This document shows positions 8,861 to 19,474 of a DNA stretch of 64,000 bases, in pieces (the stretch's first letter is position 1; the number at the start of each line of letters is the position of its first letter). The notes under the pieces are model-generated. The model was not told where the DNA came from and did no database searches. It saw nothing but the letters and a program-made list of their open reading frames with translations. Origin of the DNA: a virus (taxonomy: Duplodnaviria; Caudoviricetes); IMG/VR virus record IMGVR_UViG_3300021399_000122, positions 1 through 64,000 of that record. The stretch is one strand, 5' to 3'. The translations under genes were made by a program, and so were the position numbers.

Positions 8861-10096
8861 ATGGATACAGACAAAATGTTAGAACGTCAGGCTGGAGAAT
8901 CTGACCTCCAGTATCATAAGCGTTTGCTCACTGCAAAGCTTGTCGACAAGACGCTCGACCTCGACTACTCAACGCTTGCCCCTTACTTGTATGGAAAGAC
9001 GTATGCGCCAGATGTGGCACGTAGGATGGCGTACGGCTCACTGCGAACATTGAACCTTGTCGAAGAAGACGCTATTCAGAATGCAGTCAAAGATGATCCC
9101 GAAGCGGAGCAGATTCTTTCTGATATCGATATGAAAATGATCGAGCTGCAGAAGGAGCGTCAGCGATACAACGATCAGAGGCGTGAGTTTAACAAGGTCG
9201 TTGCAGCCGAAGGAAGAAAAGAGCATCTCTATGAATCTCTTGTGAATGCAGCTAACAACCTTGAAATGTCAGTCGGCCAGCTGTTCGGTTATGAAGAACG
9301 GTTAGAGGATTTATCTGACAACGAAGCGGTGCTTGTGTTTAGTGACTGGCACTATGGCCTTGTTGCCAACAATGTGTTCAACCTCTATAACAAAGAAATT
9401 TGCAGAGAGCGCGTCAAAGAAACTGTGATGCGTGCAGCCGAGCGCATTGCACTGCATGAATGTTCTGTTCTGCATATTGTCTGTCTCGGCGATGCAGTTC
9501 ACGGGTGCATCCACGTGGGGACACGTGTTGCCTCAGAAGAACTTGTCTGTGACCAGCTGATGCAGGTGTCAGAGATTCTCGCTCAGGCTATTTGTAAGCT
9601 CAGCACGGTTGTCAAAGAAACACATGTGTATATGACATACGGTAATCACGGACGTACTATCCAGAAGAAAGAAGACAGCGTACACCGTGACAATATGGAG
9701 CGACTGATTCCTTGGTGGATTTCTGAGCGCCTTTCTGGCTATGACAACATCCACATCGAAAAGGAATCTGACTCAGAGTTTATTATTTTCAACGCCGCTG
9801 GCCACGACTTTGTAGCAAGCCACGGCGATCTTGATAGCGTTAAGGCTTCACCCAAACTTCTTACCACGTTATTCAATAAGCAGTTCGGAAGAAATATTGA
9901 ATACATTCTCCTCGGCGACAAGCATCACCGGGAAAGCTTTGAGGAGCTTGGGGTAACCGCGATGATCTGCGGATCGTTATGCGGCGCTGATGATTATGCA
10001 AATGAGAAGCGTTTATATTCCACCCCTTCTCAGCTGTTGCTCATCGTCAATCCGAAGCGCGGCGTAGATGCCGAATATAGAATCAGTTTTTATTAA
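8861..10096 (+). CDS. Calcineurin-like metallophosphoesterase with N-terminal coiled coil (YonJ-like position)
   Basis: Motifs SDWH, LGD, GNH, SHGD, GDKHH; RBS AAGGAG. Confidence 0.8.
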   Translation: MDTDKMLERQAGESDLQYHKRLLTAKLVDKTLDLDYSTLAPYLYGKTYAPDVARRMAYGSLRTLNLVEEDAIQNAVKDDPEAEQILSDIDMKMIELQKERQRYNDQRREFNKVVAAEGRKEHLYESLVNAANNLEMSVGQLFGYEERLEDLSDNEAVLVFSDWHYGLVANNVFNLYNKEICRERVKETVMRAAERIALHECSVLHIVCLGDAVHGCIHVGTRVASEELVCDQLMQVSEILAQAICKLSTVVKETHVYMTYGNHGRTIQKKEDSVHRDNMERLIPWWISERLSGYDNIHIEKESDSEFIIFNAAGHDFVASHGDLDSVKASPKLLTTLFNKQFGRNIEYILLGDKHHRESFEELGVTAMICGSLCGADDYANEKRLYSTPSQLLLIVNPKRGVDAEYRISFY

Positions 10097-10110
10097 GAAA
10101 GGAGGCCTGT

Positions 10111-11136
10111 GTGGGCAGAAAGACTAAACAGAACAGTATTGTTTCACCTGAACTGCTTGCTCAGGTTAATCCAGAAAATATACAGTTAATGAACGACTTC
10201 GCCGATTACTTGAAATCGGTTCAGCGCAGTCAAGGCACTATCGATCAGTATATTAACGACCTGAAGATTGCGTTCGTGTGGTGCCTCGAACATAACAGCA
10301 ATAAGTTCTTTGTTAACTGGACAAAGCGAAATATTGTCGCATACCAGAACTGGTTGCTTAATGAAAACGAAAACAGTCCGGCAAGAGTTAGAAGGCTCAA
10401 AGCCGCGCTGTCTTCGCTGAGCAACTTTATTGAGAATGTATTGGATGACGAGTATCCAAACTTCAGAAATATTATCAACAAGATCGAGAGCCCAGTCAAT
10501 CATCCGGTCAGGGAAAAAGCAATCTTTACAGATGACGAGGTCGATAGCCTGCTTGACTATCTAACGGAGCACGGTCAGTACATGAAGGCATGTGCACTTG
10601 CACTTGCTGTGTATTCAGGTAGGAGAAAGGCCGAGCTGCCGCGTTTCAGGGTGTCTGATTTCGGAGAGGATCATCTTGTTTGCGACGGCGCTCTTTATAA
10701 GAGTTCCCCGATCAAGACCAAGGGCCGTGGCGTTAATGGAAAGATGCTTGAATGCTTTACGTTAGCAAAACAATTCCAGCCGTATTTTGATCGTTGGATG
10801 GAATATCGTAAAGAGCATGGAATTGAAAGCGAGTGGCTTTTACCAAATTTAGACGATTATTCGAAACAGCTTGAAGTGTCAACATTGAGTAGTTGGGCTG
10901 GGGTGTTCTCAAGGATTGTTGGTTCCCCTTGGTACTGGCACTCCATGAGACATAACCTGTGTTCGCGTCTGAAACGGGCCGGCATCCCAGATTCTGTTGT
11001 TCAGCAATATGTAGGTTGGGAGAGTATTGACATGGTGTCTGTATACAACGACTTAGGCGCGGACGAAGAGCTGGGTATGTATTTCACCAAGGATGGAATA
11101 GTAAAAAAAGAACAAAAGAGCTTTGATGAAATCTAA
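10111..11136 (+). CDS. Tyrosine recombinase (XerC/D-like)
   Basis: SGRRKAE (R), TKG (K), HSMRH, VGW and Y in VSVY; N-terminal SAM-like domain; GTG start after AAGGAGG. Confidence 0.9.
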   Translation: MGRKTKQNSIVSPELLAQVNPENIQLMNDFADYLKSVQRSQGTIDQYINDLKIAFVWCLEHNSNKFFVNWTKRNIVAYQNWLLNENENSPARVRRLKAALSSLSNFIENVLDDEYPNFRNIINKIESPVNHPVREKAIFTDDEVDSLLDYLTEHGQYMKACALALAVYSGRRKAELPRFRVSDFGEDHLVCDGALYKSSPIKTKGRGVNGKMLECFTLAKQFQPYFDRWMEYRKEHGIESEWLLPNLDDYSKQLEVSTLSSWAGVFSRIVGSPWYWHSMRHNLCSRLKRAGIPDSVVQQYVGWESIDMVSVYNDLGADEELGMYFTKDGIVKKEQKSFDEI

Positions 11137-11162
11137 GCTTTGAAAAATAAGGAGTGAAAGGA

Positions 11163-11645
11163 ATGAATAAAAGTGGATTGATTCGCGAAGTCGCCTCTTT
11201 GCTTAAGAAGAACGACGTGCGAAAGAACATGCCGGGTAAGAAGCATGTTTTTTATATTTCAGATGATGATGGGAACTCAAGAAAGTTCTCATTGAAACAG
11301 AATTCAAAAGGAGTTCTGTTCACGGCGGAAGACGTTGAGGCGATCGTCAACGCCACATTATACGTTATCCTTGAGACGCTTAAGCGAGGAGAGGAAGTCG
11401 GGCTTCTTGGATTTGGTTCCTTCAGGCTCAGACACATGAAAGCAATCTCAGTTTACAACTTCGAGAACGAAGAAGAAAAGGTTGAGATCCCGGAGAGATA
11501 CACTCCGAAGTTTGTACCTGGTGTCGATATGAAGAATGCCGCACAGGTATATGGTGTATCTATTGCTGATATGCGCAACATCACCCTTCCCCTCTCCTTT
11601 GTCGGCGATGACGACGACGATGAGGATGAGGACGGTGATGATTAA
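11163..11645 (+). CDS. HU/IHF-family DNA-binding protein with an insertion and an acidic tail
   Basis: MNKSGLIREVA...GEEVGLLGFGSF...PKFVPG. Confidence 0.8.
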   Translation: MNKSGLIREVASLLKKNDVRKNMPGKKHVFYISDDDGNSRKFSLKQNSKGVLFTAEDVEAIVNATLYVILETLKRGEEVGLLGFGSFRLRHMKAISVYNFENEEEKVEIPERYTPKFVPGVDMKNAAQVYGVSIADMRNITLPLSFVGDDDDDEDEDGDD

Positions 11646-12661
11646 TGGCGATTGAGCTCACTGGTGAATCCGTAGTCTGCTCAAGATGCGGAACGCGGTA
11701 TCCAAAATATAAAGGTAATTTCTATTCATGCTACGGTTCGCCTTACCGTGGTGTTGGTTATATAACAATCTGCAAGAACTGTATCGATGCCATGCATGTA
11801 GATAACCTCCTTCACGAACACAGTGCAAGGGATTCGATCAGACAGATTTGCAGAAAACTTGATTTGTATTTTGACGATACAATCTACGAGACAATCGAAT
11901 CAAAGTCAACCCCGAAGACATCCGTTGCCCAGTATATGTCAAGGCTGTCTGCGCAGAGGTATGCAGGCATGTGTTACGACGATACACTTGCGGCAGAGAA
12001 TAGGCTGTGGGATTTTTCCATAAAGGAAGAGGCGCAGCCAGAGCCAGTGTCAGTAGAGCCAGAGCATGTGGTTGAGGTTGAGCCTGAACCCGTGGAAGAG
12101 GTTGAAGAGGAACCTGCCGACCAGGCTTTGGTTGATTTCTGGGGTGCTGGTTTTACGGCAGAAGATTACGCTTCGCTTGAGCGAAGATATGACGAGTGGA
12201 AAGGCGACGCCACATTTGATGTCGCAACCGAGATGCTCGTCAAGCAAATCTGCCTGACCGAGCTAGATATTGCCAGGGAACGTTCCAAGGGTAGGGTGCC
12301 CGATAAGAACATCCAGATTCTAAACAGTCTCATGGGAAGCGCCAATCTTAAACCGGCGCAGCAGCAGAAGGCCGACGAGGCACAGGCGCTTGCGGAGATT
12401 CCCCTTGGCGTCTGGCTGTATAGATATGAGAATGAGCGTCCGCTCCCAGAGGTTGATGATTCATTAAAAGATGTAAATCGCATTCGTAAATATGTGTTTA
12501 CATGGATGGGGCATCTGTGTAAGATGCTCGATATTAAGAATGCGTACTCAGACCTGTATGATGAGGCTATCGCAAGATATTCTGTTCAGAAGCCAGAATA
12601 TGAAGGCGATGAAGATGATGACCCTCTGCCGTTGACAGAGGAGGCACATACAGATGAGTAG
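11645..12661 (+). CDS. Putative terminase small subunit (zinc-finger N-terminus)
   Basis: CSRC...CKNC; lies immediately upstream of and overlapping terL. Confidence 0.5.
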   Translation: MAIELTGESVVCSRCGTRYPKYKGNFYSCYGSPYRGVGYITICKNCIDAMHVDNLLHEHSARDSIRQICRKLDLYFDDTIYETIESKSTPKTSVAQYMSRLSAQRYAGMCYDDTLAAENRLWDFSIKEEAQPEPVSVEPEHVVEVEPEPVEEVEEEPADQALVDFWGAGFTAEDYASLERRYDEWKGDATFDVATEMLVKQICLTELDIARERSKGRVPDKNIQILNSLMGSANLKPAQQQKADEAQALAEIPLGVWLYRYENERPLPEVDDSLKDVNRIRKYVFTWMGHLCKMLDIKNAYSDLYDEAIARYSVQKPEYEGDEDDDPLPLTEEAHTDE

Positions 12662-14411
12662 ATATGAGAACGCACTAAACGGCGCTGCAACTTGGGGCGC
12701 TTTTTATCGTGAGAACGTCGACAAGTTTGTCGAATCCTATTTGCATGTTCGGTTGCATTTGTTCCAGCGCATTGTTTTGGTAATGATGTTCTGGAGCACA
12801 ACGATGGTGTTTATAGCATGTCGTGGTCTTGGAAAGACATTCTTAAGCGCCATCTATTGTGTAGTAAGATGCATACTCTACCCGGGCACACGAGTTTGCG
12901 TTGCGTCGTCTGTCCGGTCGCAATCTATAAATGTGCTCGAAAAGATCACGCAGGAACTGGTACCGAGGTCGCCCGAGCTAAGAGCGGAGATCGATTGGAG
13001 AGAAACAAAAATTAATCCAACAAATGCGATTATAACGTTTAAAAATTCAAGCGTTATTAAGGTTGTTACTGCGGGTGAGAGTGCACGCGGTAACAGAGCC
13101 AACGTCGTTCTTGTCGATGAGTTTAGATTGGTTCCAAAGGATACCATTGACACCATTCTCAGAAAGTTCCTGACACTTACGAGGCAGCCAAACTATAACG
13201 CCTTATCCGCAGAAGAACGTAAGAAAGAGTGGCGTAAGGAAAAGAACTTAACCATGTACCTGAGCAGTGCATATTGGAAAGAGAACTGGGCTTACCAAAA
13301 GTGTGTAGATACACTGCATGCAATGGTCAATCCTAATCGAAAGCAATTTATCTGCGGCTTCCCCTATCAGCTTCCAATCGCCGAAGGCATGCTTGATCCA
13401 GAGTTTGTTGCGGATGAAATGGCAGACTCCGATTTCAGCGAGATAAAGTTTTCAATGGAGATGGAGGCTTTGTTCTGGGGAGCTTCTGATAATGCCTTCT
13501 TTAATTATGATGCAATAGTTCGCAACAGAAGAATTAAGTATCCGATGTTGCCCGGGAGATTGTCTGGTAAGGTAAAAGACAATACGAATGTTCGAATCCC
13601 GCCAAAAGTAAACGGCGAGATAAGAATCCTGTCAGCGGATATTGCGCTCATGGCGTCGACGAAGCATAAGAACGACGCCACGGCGATTTGGATAAATCAA
13701 ATGTTAATGACCAAGGCTGGCAAGTTCTCCAACAATATTGTTTACGGAGACGCAGCTGAGGGCTTGAGAACAGACGCCCAAGCACTGATGATCAGAAAGT
13801 TGTTTGATGAATACGACTGCAACTACATTGTGCTTGATACCAATGGTATTGGTTTGGGCGTGTATGACGCTTTAGCCGGAGAAATTGTTGATCCAGACAC
13901 CGGCGAAATCTACCCTGCCCTGTCATGTTGCAACGATGATAACATGGCCGCGAGGTGTACAGTCATCGGTGCGCAGAAGGCAATTTGGTCGATTAAGGGA
14001 ACAGCACAGTTTAATTCAGACTGTGCAGTTTTGTTACGTGAAGCGTTACACAACGGGAGGATCAGGCTGCTGGTCAATGAGTCAGATGGCGAAGAGAACC
14101 TATCTAATTTAAAAGGGTACAGTTCGCTGACGCCCGCCGAGAGACTTATGTTACAGCTTCCCTATATTCATACAACATTACTTATCGGTGAACTCACCAA
14201 GCTACAGCATGAGCAAACCGGTTCGCGTATTCGTGTATATGAACAGACAGGAATGCGCAAGGATAGATATTCCAGCCTGTCGTACAACTATTACGTAGCT
14301 ACGCAGCTGGAAATTAAGGAATCGCGAAGACACAATTGGAATTCGCAAGAAAGTTCCATGTTCGCGATTAGAGCGCCGAAGAATCAAATTTCGAGAGGAG
14401 GTTGGCGATAG
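12654..14411 (+). CDS. terL: Terminase large subunit
   Basis: Walker A CRGLGKT, ARGNR, Walker B VLVDE; nuclease motifs SADIA, LDTNG, KDRYSS. Confidence 0.9.
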   Translation: MSRYENALNGAATWGAFYRENVDKFVESYLHVRLHLFQRIVLVMMFWSTTMVFIACRGLGKTFLSAIYCVVRCILYPGTRVCVASSVRSQSINVLEKITQELVPRSPELRAEIDWRETKINPTNAIITFKNSSVIKVVTAGESARGNRANVVLVDEFRLVPKDTIDTILRKFLTLTRQPNYNALSAEERKKEWRKEKNLTMYLSSAYWKENWAYQKCVDTLHAMVNPNRKQFICGFPYQLPIAEGMLDPEFVADEMADSDFSEIKFSMEMEALFWGASDNAFFNYDAIVRNRRIKYPMLPGRLSGKVKDNTNVRIPPKVNGEIRILSADIALMASTKHKNDATAIWINQMLMTKAGKFSNNIVYGDAAEGLRTDAQALMIRKLFDEYDCNYIVLDTNGIGLGVYDALAGEIVDPDTGEIYPALSCCNDDNMAARCTVIGAQKAIWSIKGTAQFNSDCAVLLREALHNGRIRLLVNESDGEENLSNLKGYSSLTPAERLMLQLPYIHTTLLIGELTKLQHEQTGSRIRVYEQTGMRKDRYSSLSYNYYVATQLEIKESRRHNWNSQESSMFAIRAPKNQISRGGWR

Positions 14412-15956
14412 GTGCCAGAAAATAACACAGAAACAAAAAAGAAGTACACGTTGCTGACATCAGCAAAGCCATCGCTGCTCGACCGGTTTACTTATTCGAG
14501 CCCGATCACAAGCGTGGTATTGCGGGATTTGAATAACAGATACCGCCGTGATCTTCCTTATTATTATACAAGATACTTCAACAAGGACGACGTAACCCTT
14601 TGGCTGTCCGATCCATATCGGTATGAGAAACAGCTGCGTCAAGCCGTCCGTTATATTTATCAGGTAAGCTCGCATTTTAGACGGATCATCCAGTACTTCG
14701 TTGGGTTGAGTGATATTGTCTATCTGATTGAACCGTATGGTATCGATCCAAAGAAGACCGCTGTAAGTAAGGTTAACCTTAACTACAGACGAACGCTCCA
14801 GATCCTTGAATCGATGAATCTCAAGACGCAGCTCAAAAAGATTCTTACTGTAGTTCTGAGAGAAGATGTATTCTATGGTACGCTCTGGGAAACTTCAAAA
14901 GGAGTTACCATTATCCAATTGCCATCCGACTATTGTGCGATCTCTGAAATCGAGGCAAACGTTTTTAATGTAAGCTTCAATTTCAGCTACTTCACAAATA
15001 ATGAGGACATGCTTGATTCTTTCCCTGAAGAATTCAGAGTCAAGTACATGCTCTATAAGAATAGTGATCGAAAATACATTCATCGTTGGATGACTTTGGA
15101 TTCTCCAAACTCGTTCGCTATTAAATGCAACGCGGATATTATCGAGTATGCGATCCCGCCGTTTGCTGGCGTGCTTAGAGAGATCTATGCGATAGAAGAC
15201 TATAAGCAGTTAAAGCTCGCTAAGACTGCGCTTGAAAACTATGCGCTCGTTGCTATGACAATCCCTATGTCTGATAGCGGCGAGTGGGGAATCGATCTTA
15301 ATAAAGCGGAAGAGTTCTGGCGTAACCTTGACAGCGTACTGCCAGAAGAGGTCGGTTCAGTTCTGACCCCCATGCCGTTAAATAAGATCAGCTTTGAGAA
15401 GTCTAACACTGGCGATACAGAGACGGTCACACAGGCAGAGGAAAATCTCTTTACTGCATCTGGCGTTTCGTCTCTGCTGTTCAACAATGCTAAGGCGAGT
15501 TCCAACGCTTTGCTTCTCTCTATCAAAGCGGATCAGGCGATCACATATGGAATTGTTCTGTCAATTACGGACGCATTAAATAGATACCTTGCGTCACGTC
15601 CATACGCAGAATTCTTCAGATTAAACATTCTGGACATCTCCCCTTTCAACAGAAAGGAAGCGTCCGATTCATATTTGAAGGCATGCCAGTTCGGTATCCC
15701 TATGATCAGTTACTATTGTGCAGCATCAGGTCTTGACCAGATGGCGATGGACGCAATGAGTTATCTTGAGGGAACTGTTCTGAATTTGCCTGAAAGATTT
15801 AAGCCCCTTCTGAGCTCAACGCAGATGAGCTCTAACTCGACATCATCAAGCACAAAATCCGTTACATCCGACAGTAATGGTGAGCCGGGAGCACCAGAGA
15901 AAGGCCTCGGCGAAGTCAGTGATCAAAGAGAGGCAAATAAGGAGTCTGAGCAGTAA
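14412..15956 (+). CDS. Portal protein
   Basis: 514 aa directly after terL; synteny. Confidence 0.7.
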   Translation: MPENNTETKKKYTLLTSAKPSLLDRFTYSSPITSVVLRDLNNRYRRDLPYYYTRYFNKDDVTLWLSDPYRYEKQLRQAVRYIYQVSSHFRRIIQYFVGLSDIVYLIEPYGIDPKKTAVSKVNLNYRRTLQILESMNLKTQLKKILTVVLREDVFYGTLWETSKGVTIIQLPSDYCAISEIEANVFNVSFNFSYFTNNEDMLDSFPEEFRVKYMLYKNSDRKYIHRWMTLDSPNSFAIKCNADIIEYAIPPFAGVLREIYAIEDYKQLKLAKTALENYALVAMTIPMSDSGEWGIDLNKAEEFWRNLDSVLPEEVGSVLTPMPLNKISFEKSNTGDTETVTQAEENLFTASGVSSLLFNNAKASSNALLLSIKADQAITYGIVLSITDALNRYLASRPYAEFFRLNILDISPFNRKEASDSYLKACQFGIPMISYYCAASGLDQMAMDAMSYLEGTVLNLPERFKPLLSSTQMSSNSTSSSTKSVTSDSNGEPGAPEKGLGEVSDQREANKESEQ

Positions 15957-16150
15957 TGTCAGAACCTTTTGTTATGGTCTTCTCCGAAGAAGATAGAGAT
16001 GCGCTTATTGATCGTGGATTTCAAATGATCTACGGTGATGGCAAATACTTTCTCTTCGAAAATGATGACTCTCTCGATATCGGCCTTCCAGATGGTCGAT
16101 ATGCACTGACATGCATCATGTCGTTTGTCGGGCAGCCCGATGAGGGTTGA
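15956..16150 (+). CDS. Small hypothetical protein
   Basis: TAATG coupling with the portal gene. Confidence 0.55.
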   Translation: MSEPFVMVFSEEDRDALIDRGFQMIYGDGKYFLFENDDSLDIGLPDGRYALTCIMSFVGQPDEG

Positions 16151-16183
16151 CGGAAGAAAAGGATTTATATGGAGGTTGAAATC

Positions 16184-17818
16184 ATGGGAAAAGTTATGAA
16201 CCTCACGTTCGACTCATCGGTTTCAAACCTTTGCGAAGTTAACAAGTCTTTTGACTCCGGTGTAATCAGGATTGCGTACACAGGTGAGAACAGGAATAAA
16301 ACTTATATTTCGAAAGAGGCATTTGAACATGCCATGCCGACAATCTACAACTGCCCTATCGTATGTAATTACGATATTACGACAGACGAGCTCGGCGGGC
16401 ATGATTTAGAAGTAGTAAGAGACTCTGAGGGTGAACTTAGGGTGGTCAACGCGACCGATCCAATCGGAGTCATCCCCGAGAGCGCAAAGGTTTGGTTTGA
16501 GAATTATACAGATGAAAACGGAGTAGAGCGTGAGTATCTGTATGCCGAAGCTCTCTTCTGGAAGAGACAGATTGCTTACCAGAAGTTAAAGAAGGACGGC
16601 ATTGTCAACCAGTCAATGGAGATCGCTGTTAATAAAGGTAAAAGAACAGATGGTATTTACCACATTGACGATTTTGAATTTACTGCCTTTACGGCAATTG
16701 GTGTAGAGCCATGCTTTGAGAGTTCTGCTATTGAGGTGTTCTCTCAGCGTGCCTACAAAGAACAGCTCACAGAAATGATGAACGATCTGCGAGCGTCTTT
16801 TAGTTTGGTCAGTACTCCTTCGGGAGATGACAATACACACCCACAAATTGTTATGAAAGGAGATTTAGAGACATTGGAAGACAAGATGGAATTAGCCGCT
16901 AAATACGGCATCGATGTCAATAGTCTCGACTATTCTCTGGAAGACTTCACCGTTGAAGAGCTGACAGAAAAGTTCGAAGCTATGAAGGCGTCTGAAAGTG
17001 TCGACTCCGAAGCGGAAGGTGCTGAAGCTGAAACTTTCGCAGAGACTACTCCCGAAGGAGGAGAGGCTGAAGAGGCTGTTGAGGCTGAGGCTGATGCTCC
17101 CGAAGAAGAGGCTCCTGCAGAAGAAGGATTTGCACTGGCCGGTAACGTTACAGAGGAGATCCGCCGTGAGCTGAGAGCTCACTCTATCCAGAACAGATGG
17201 GGCGAGCAGGTCACTTATTGGCTCTGCGACTACGATGCTGAGAAAGGTGTCGCATATGTCGAAGACCCGGTTGATGGCCTCTATTATGCTCTGACTTATG
17301 CAATGGATAACGATAACGTACGTGTTGATTTCGAGTCAAAGAAGCGCGTTGTCCGTACATTCGTTGAATTTGTTGAAGGCTCCGATCCGGGCATTGACCC
17401 GGCTCGTGCTCAGCTGTTTGAAGCTCTTGATGAGAAGTTCTCCAAGATTGAAACACTGATGGCCGAGAATGAATCACTGCAGTCTAAGTTCGATGCGCTT
17501 GAAGCATCTAATGCTAAGCTGCGTGAATTCAAAGCTAACGTTGAAGCAGCCGCTGCGGAAAAGGAACGCAACGAAGTCTTCGCCAAGTTTGAAGATCTTA
17601 ACGATGTTGAAGCATTCAAAGAACTTCAGGCTAAAGCCTCTGAATATGATATCGAAACACTGGAAGAAAAGTGCTATGCGATCAGAGGCAGACAGGGAGC
17701 GAACCTGAACTTCAGTTTAGAAAGTTCTGCTCCAAAGATTAAAGTAAATCAGAAACACAGTTCTGCTCCGAAGCCTTATGGCGGTGAAGTCGAAAGACTC
17801 CTCGGAGAGACTGAATAA
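16184..17818 (+). CDS. Prohead protease/scaffold fusion (YonD-like)
   Basis: N-terminal GGH...QSMEI protease-like motifs; acidic coiled-coil C-terminus; lies between portal and capsid. Confidence 0.7.
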   Translation: MGKVMNLTFDSSVSNLCEVNKSFDSGVIRIAYTGENRNKTYISKEAFEHAMPTIYNCPIVCNYDITTDELGGHDLEVVRDSEGELRVVNATDPIGVIPESAKVWFENYTDENGVEREYLYAEALFWKRQIAYQKLKKDGIVNQSMEIAVNKGKRTDGIYHIDDFEFTAFTAIGVEPCFESSAIEVFSQRAYKEQLTEMMNDLRASFSLVSTPSGDDNTHPQIVMKGDLETLEDKMELAAKYGIDVNSLDYSLEDFTVEELTEKFEAMKASESVDSEAEGAEAETFAETTPEGGEAEEAVEAEADAPEEEAPAEEGFALAGNVTEEIRRELRAHSIQNRWGEQVTYWLCDYDAEKGVAYVEDPVDGLYYALTYAMDNDNVRVDFESKKRVVRTFVEFVEGSDPGIDPARAQLFEALDEKFSKIETLMAENESLQSKFDALEASNAKLREFKANVEAAAAEKERNEVFAKFEDLNDVEAFKELQAKASEYDIETLEEKCYAIRGRQGANLNFSLESSAPKIKVNQKHSSAPKPYGGEVERLLGETE

Positions 17819-17838
17819 ATTAAGGAGGAATATACTTA

Positions 17839-18366
17839 ATGGCATATGCAGTTGTGCGTACCGATAAAATGTTCGGTACACAGGTTAAGTCTGGTCTTCA
17901 GTCCTTCAGATTCTTCAAAGAAGTTGAAGGCGAAGAAACACAGGCTGAAATTGAAAATGGCAACGTTGTTATGATCGACGGTCTGCTTTCCGAAGAAGTT
18001 GAAGGCGAAACCGTTGTTACTAACCGTGAGCAGTACCACGCAGTCACACCGACCGCTACCGCTGACAAGAAGGACATCCTGCTCGTCGCCACACCGGAAG
18101 TTGTGTTTACAAAATCTCATAACGCTCTGGATGAATTCATCAACAGAGCTGACATGCCGGCTCGTGGATATCATCTCCACGAGAATGACATCTTCTCCGT
18201 CACAGATGAAGCTCTGGACGGCAAGGCTGCAGTTGGCAAGTTCGTTGAACTGCAGGCTGGCACAAAGCTGAAGGTCGCTGCTGAGGCTGGCGACGCCACA
18301 ATCGGCAAGATCATTCAGATCGAGCAGGTTGGTCGTTACAAGTACAACGTAATTCAGGTTGCTTAA
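17839..18366 (+). CDS. Capsid decoration/head stabilising protein
   Basis: Strong RBS and highly biased codons; position before the MCP. Confidence 0.6.
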   Translation: MAYAVVRTDKMFGTQVKSGLQSFRFFKEVEGEETQAEIENGNVVMIDGLLSEEVEGETVVTNREQYHAVTPTATADKKDILLVATPEVVFTKSHNALDEFINRADMPARGYHLHENDIFSVTDEALDGKAAVGKFVELQAGTKLKVAAEAGDATIGKIIQIEQVGRYKYNVIQVA

Positions 18367-18385
18367 TAGAAAGGTGGTAAAACTA

Positions 18386-19402
18386 ATGACAGATATTAAA
18401 GAACTCAGAAAGCTTGCTATCGATGGTCATAAGGGATCTGTTGAAAAGTATTCTGTTAAGCAGTCCCAGGATGCGCTGAGAGAAGCTCTTATTGAACTCA
18501 ATGGCGGTAGCACAAAGCTCGACTACAGAGCTGTTCGTGACGGCAAGTGCGCTGGTCTCTTCACACTCGTTGAAGAACTGCTGGCTGCTACTGTTTCCGA
18601 CGAACTCTCCGCAAACGATTTCTTCAACTCCGTTGTTGATTATCGTAATGTTGCCGAAGGCGACGAAGCTGAATTCGATGTTGAAGACAGCACACTGTTT
18701 GTTGTAGAGGAAGTTGCCGATGGCACACAGGCTCTCCGCAGACAGAGACTTGGTGATCTGACAAGAGTCACCATCCCTACAACCATGAAGATGGTTCGTA
18801 TTTATGAGGAACTGAACCGCATCCTCGCTGGTCGTGTTGACTTTAACGACATGATCAACAAAGTTGCTAGATCCTTCGAGCAGAAGATCCTCAGCGACGT
18901 TTACACACTGTACAGCGGCCTGACAGCAGAGCAGCTGGGCGGTGTTGCTTACTTCCCGACAGCATCCAACAAGTGGGATGAAGCTGACCTCCTCGATGTC
19001 ATTGCACACGTTGAAGCAGCTGCTGGCGGAAAGACAGCTACAATCATCGGCACAAAGCGTGCCCTCCTCAAGCTGATCCCGTCCATTCAGGCTGACAGCT
19101 ACAAGGAAGACACATACAATGCTGGTTATGCTGGCAAGTTCTATGGCACACCGGTCATCGCTATGCCGCAGCGCCATAAGATGGGCACAACCACATTTGC
19201 GTTCCCGGACAACATGGTCACCATCGTTGCTGGCGACGAGAAGCCGATCAAGGTTGTCAGACGTGGTGAACCGATCGTTCTGCTCGGCGACCCGATGACA
19301 AATGCTGACCTGACTCAGGAATATCTGTACGGCGAAGCTTACGGTGTAGGTCTCGTTGCTGCAGCTAACTCTGGAATCGGTCGCTTCGAGATTGCTGAAT
19401 AA
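18386..19402 (+). CDS. Major capsid protein
   Basis: About 338 aa, strong codon bias, GKFYGTPVI motif, followed by a terminator; synteny. Confidence 0.8.
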   Translation: MTDIKELRKLAIDGHKGSVEKYSVKQSQDALREALIELNGGSTKLDYRAVRDGKCAGLFTLVEELLAATVSDELSANDFFNSVVDYRNVAEGDEAEFDVEDSTLFVVEEVADGTQALRRQRLGDLTRVTIPTTMKMVRIYEELNRILAGRVDFNDMINKVARSFEQKILSDVYTLYSGLTAEQLGGVAYFPTASNKWDEADLLDVIAHVEAAAGGKTATIIGTKRALLKLIPSIQADSYKEDTYNAGYAGKFYGTPVIAMPQRHKMGTTTFAFPDNMVTIVAGDEKPIKVVRRGEPIVLLGDPMTNADLTQEYLYGEAYGVGLVAAANSGIGRFEIAE

Positions 19403-19421
19403 GCAATTCTGAAAGTTAATC

Positions 19422-19456
19422 AAGGGGCATCTTTGACGATGCCCCTTTCGATTTTT
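19422..19456 (+). terminator. Intrinsic terminator after the capsid gene
   Basis: Stem AAGGGGCATC/GATGCCCCTT with a T-rich tail. Confidence 0.75.
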
Positions 19457-19474
19457 GAGTGAAAGGAAGATTTT

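Noticed and set aside
10111-11136. Prophage integrase marking an att boundary
   Set aside because: Phage genes continue on both sides, and no att repeat, tRNA or host gene is seen.
18383-19423. 346-aa antisense ORF
   Set aside because: It mirrors the codon-biased capsid gene and is typical of a shadow frame.
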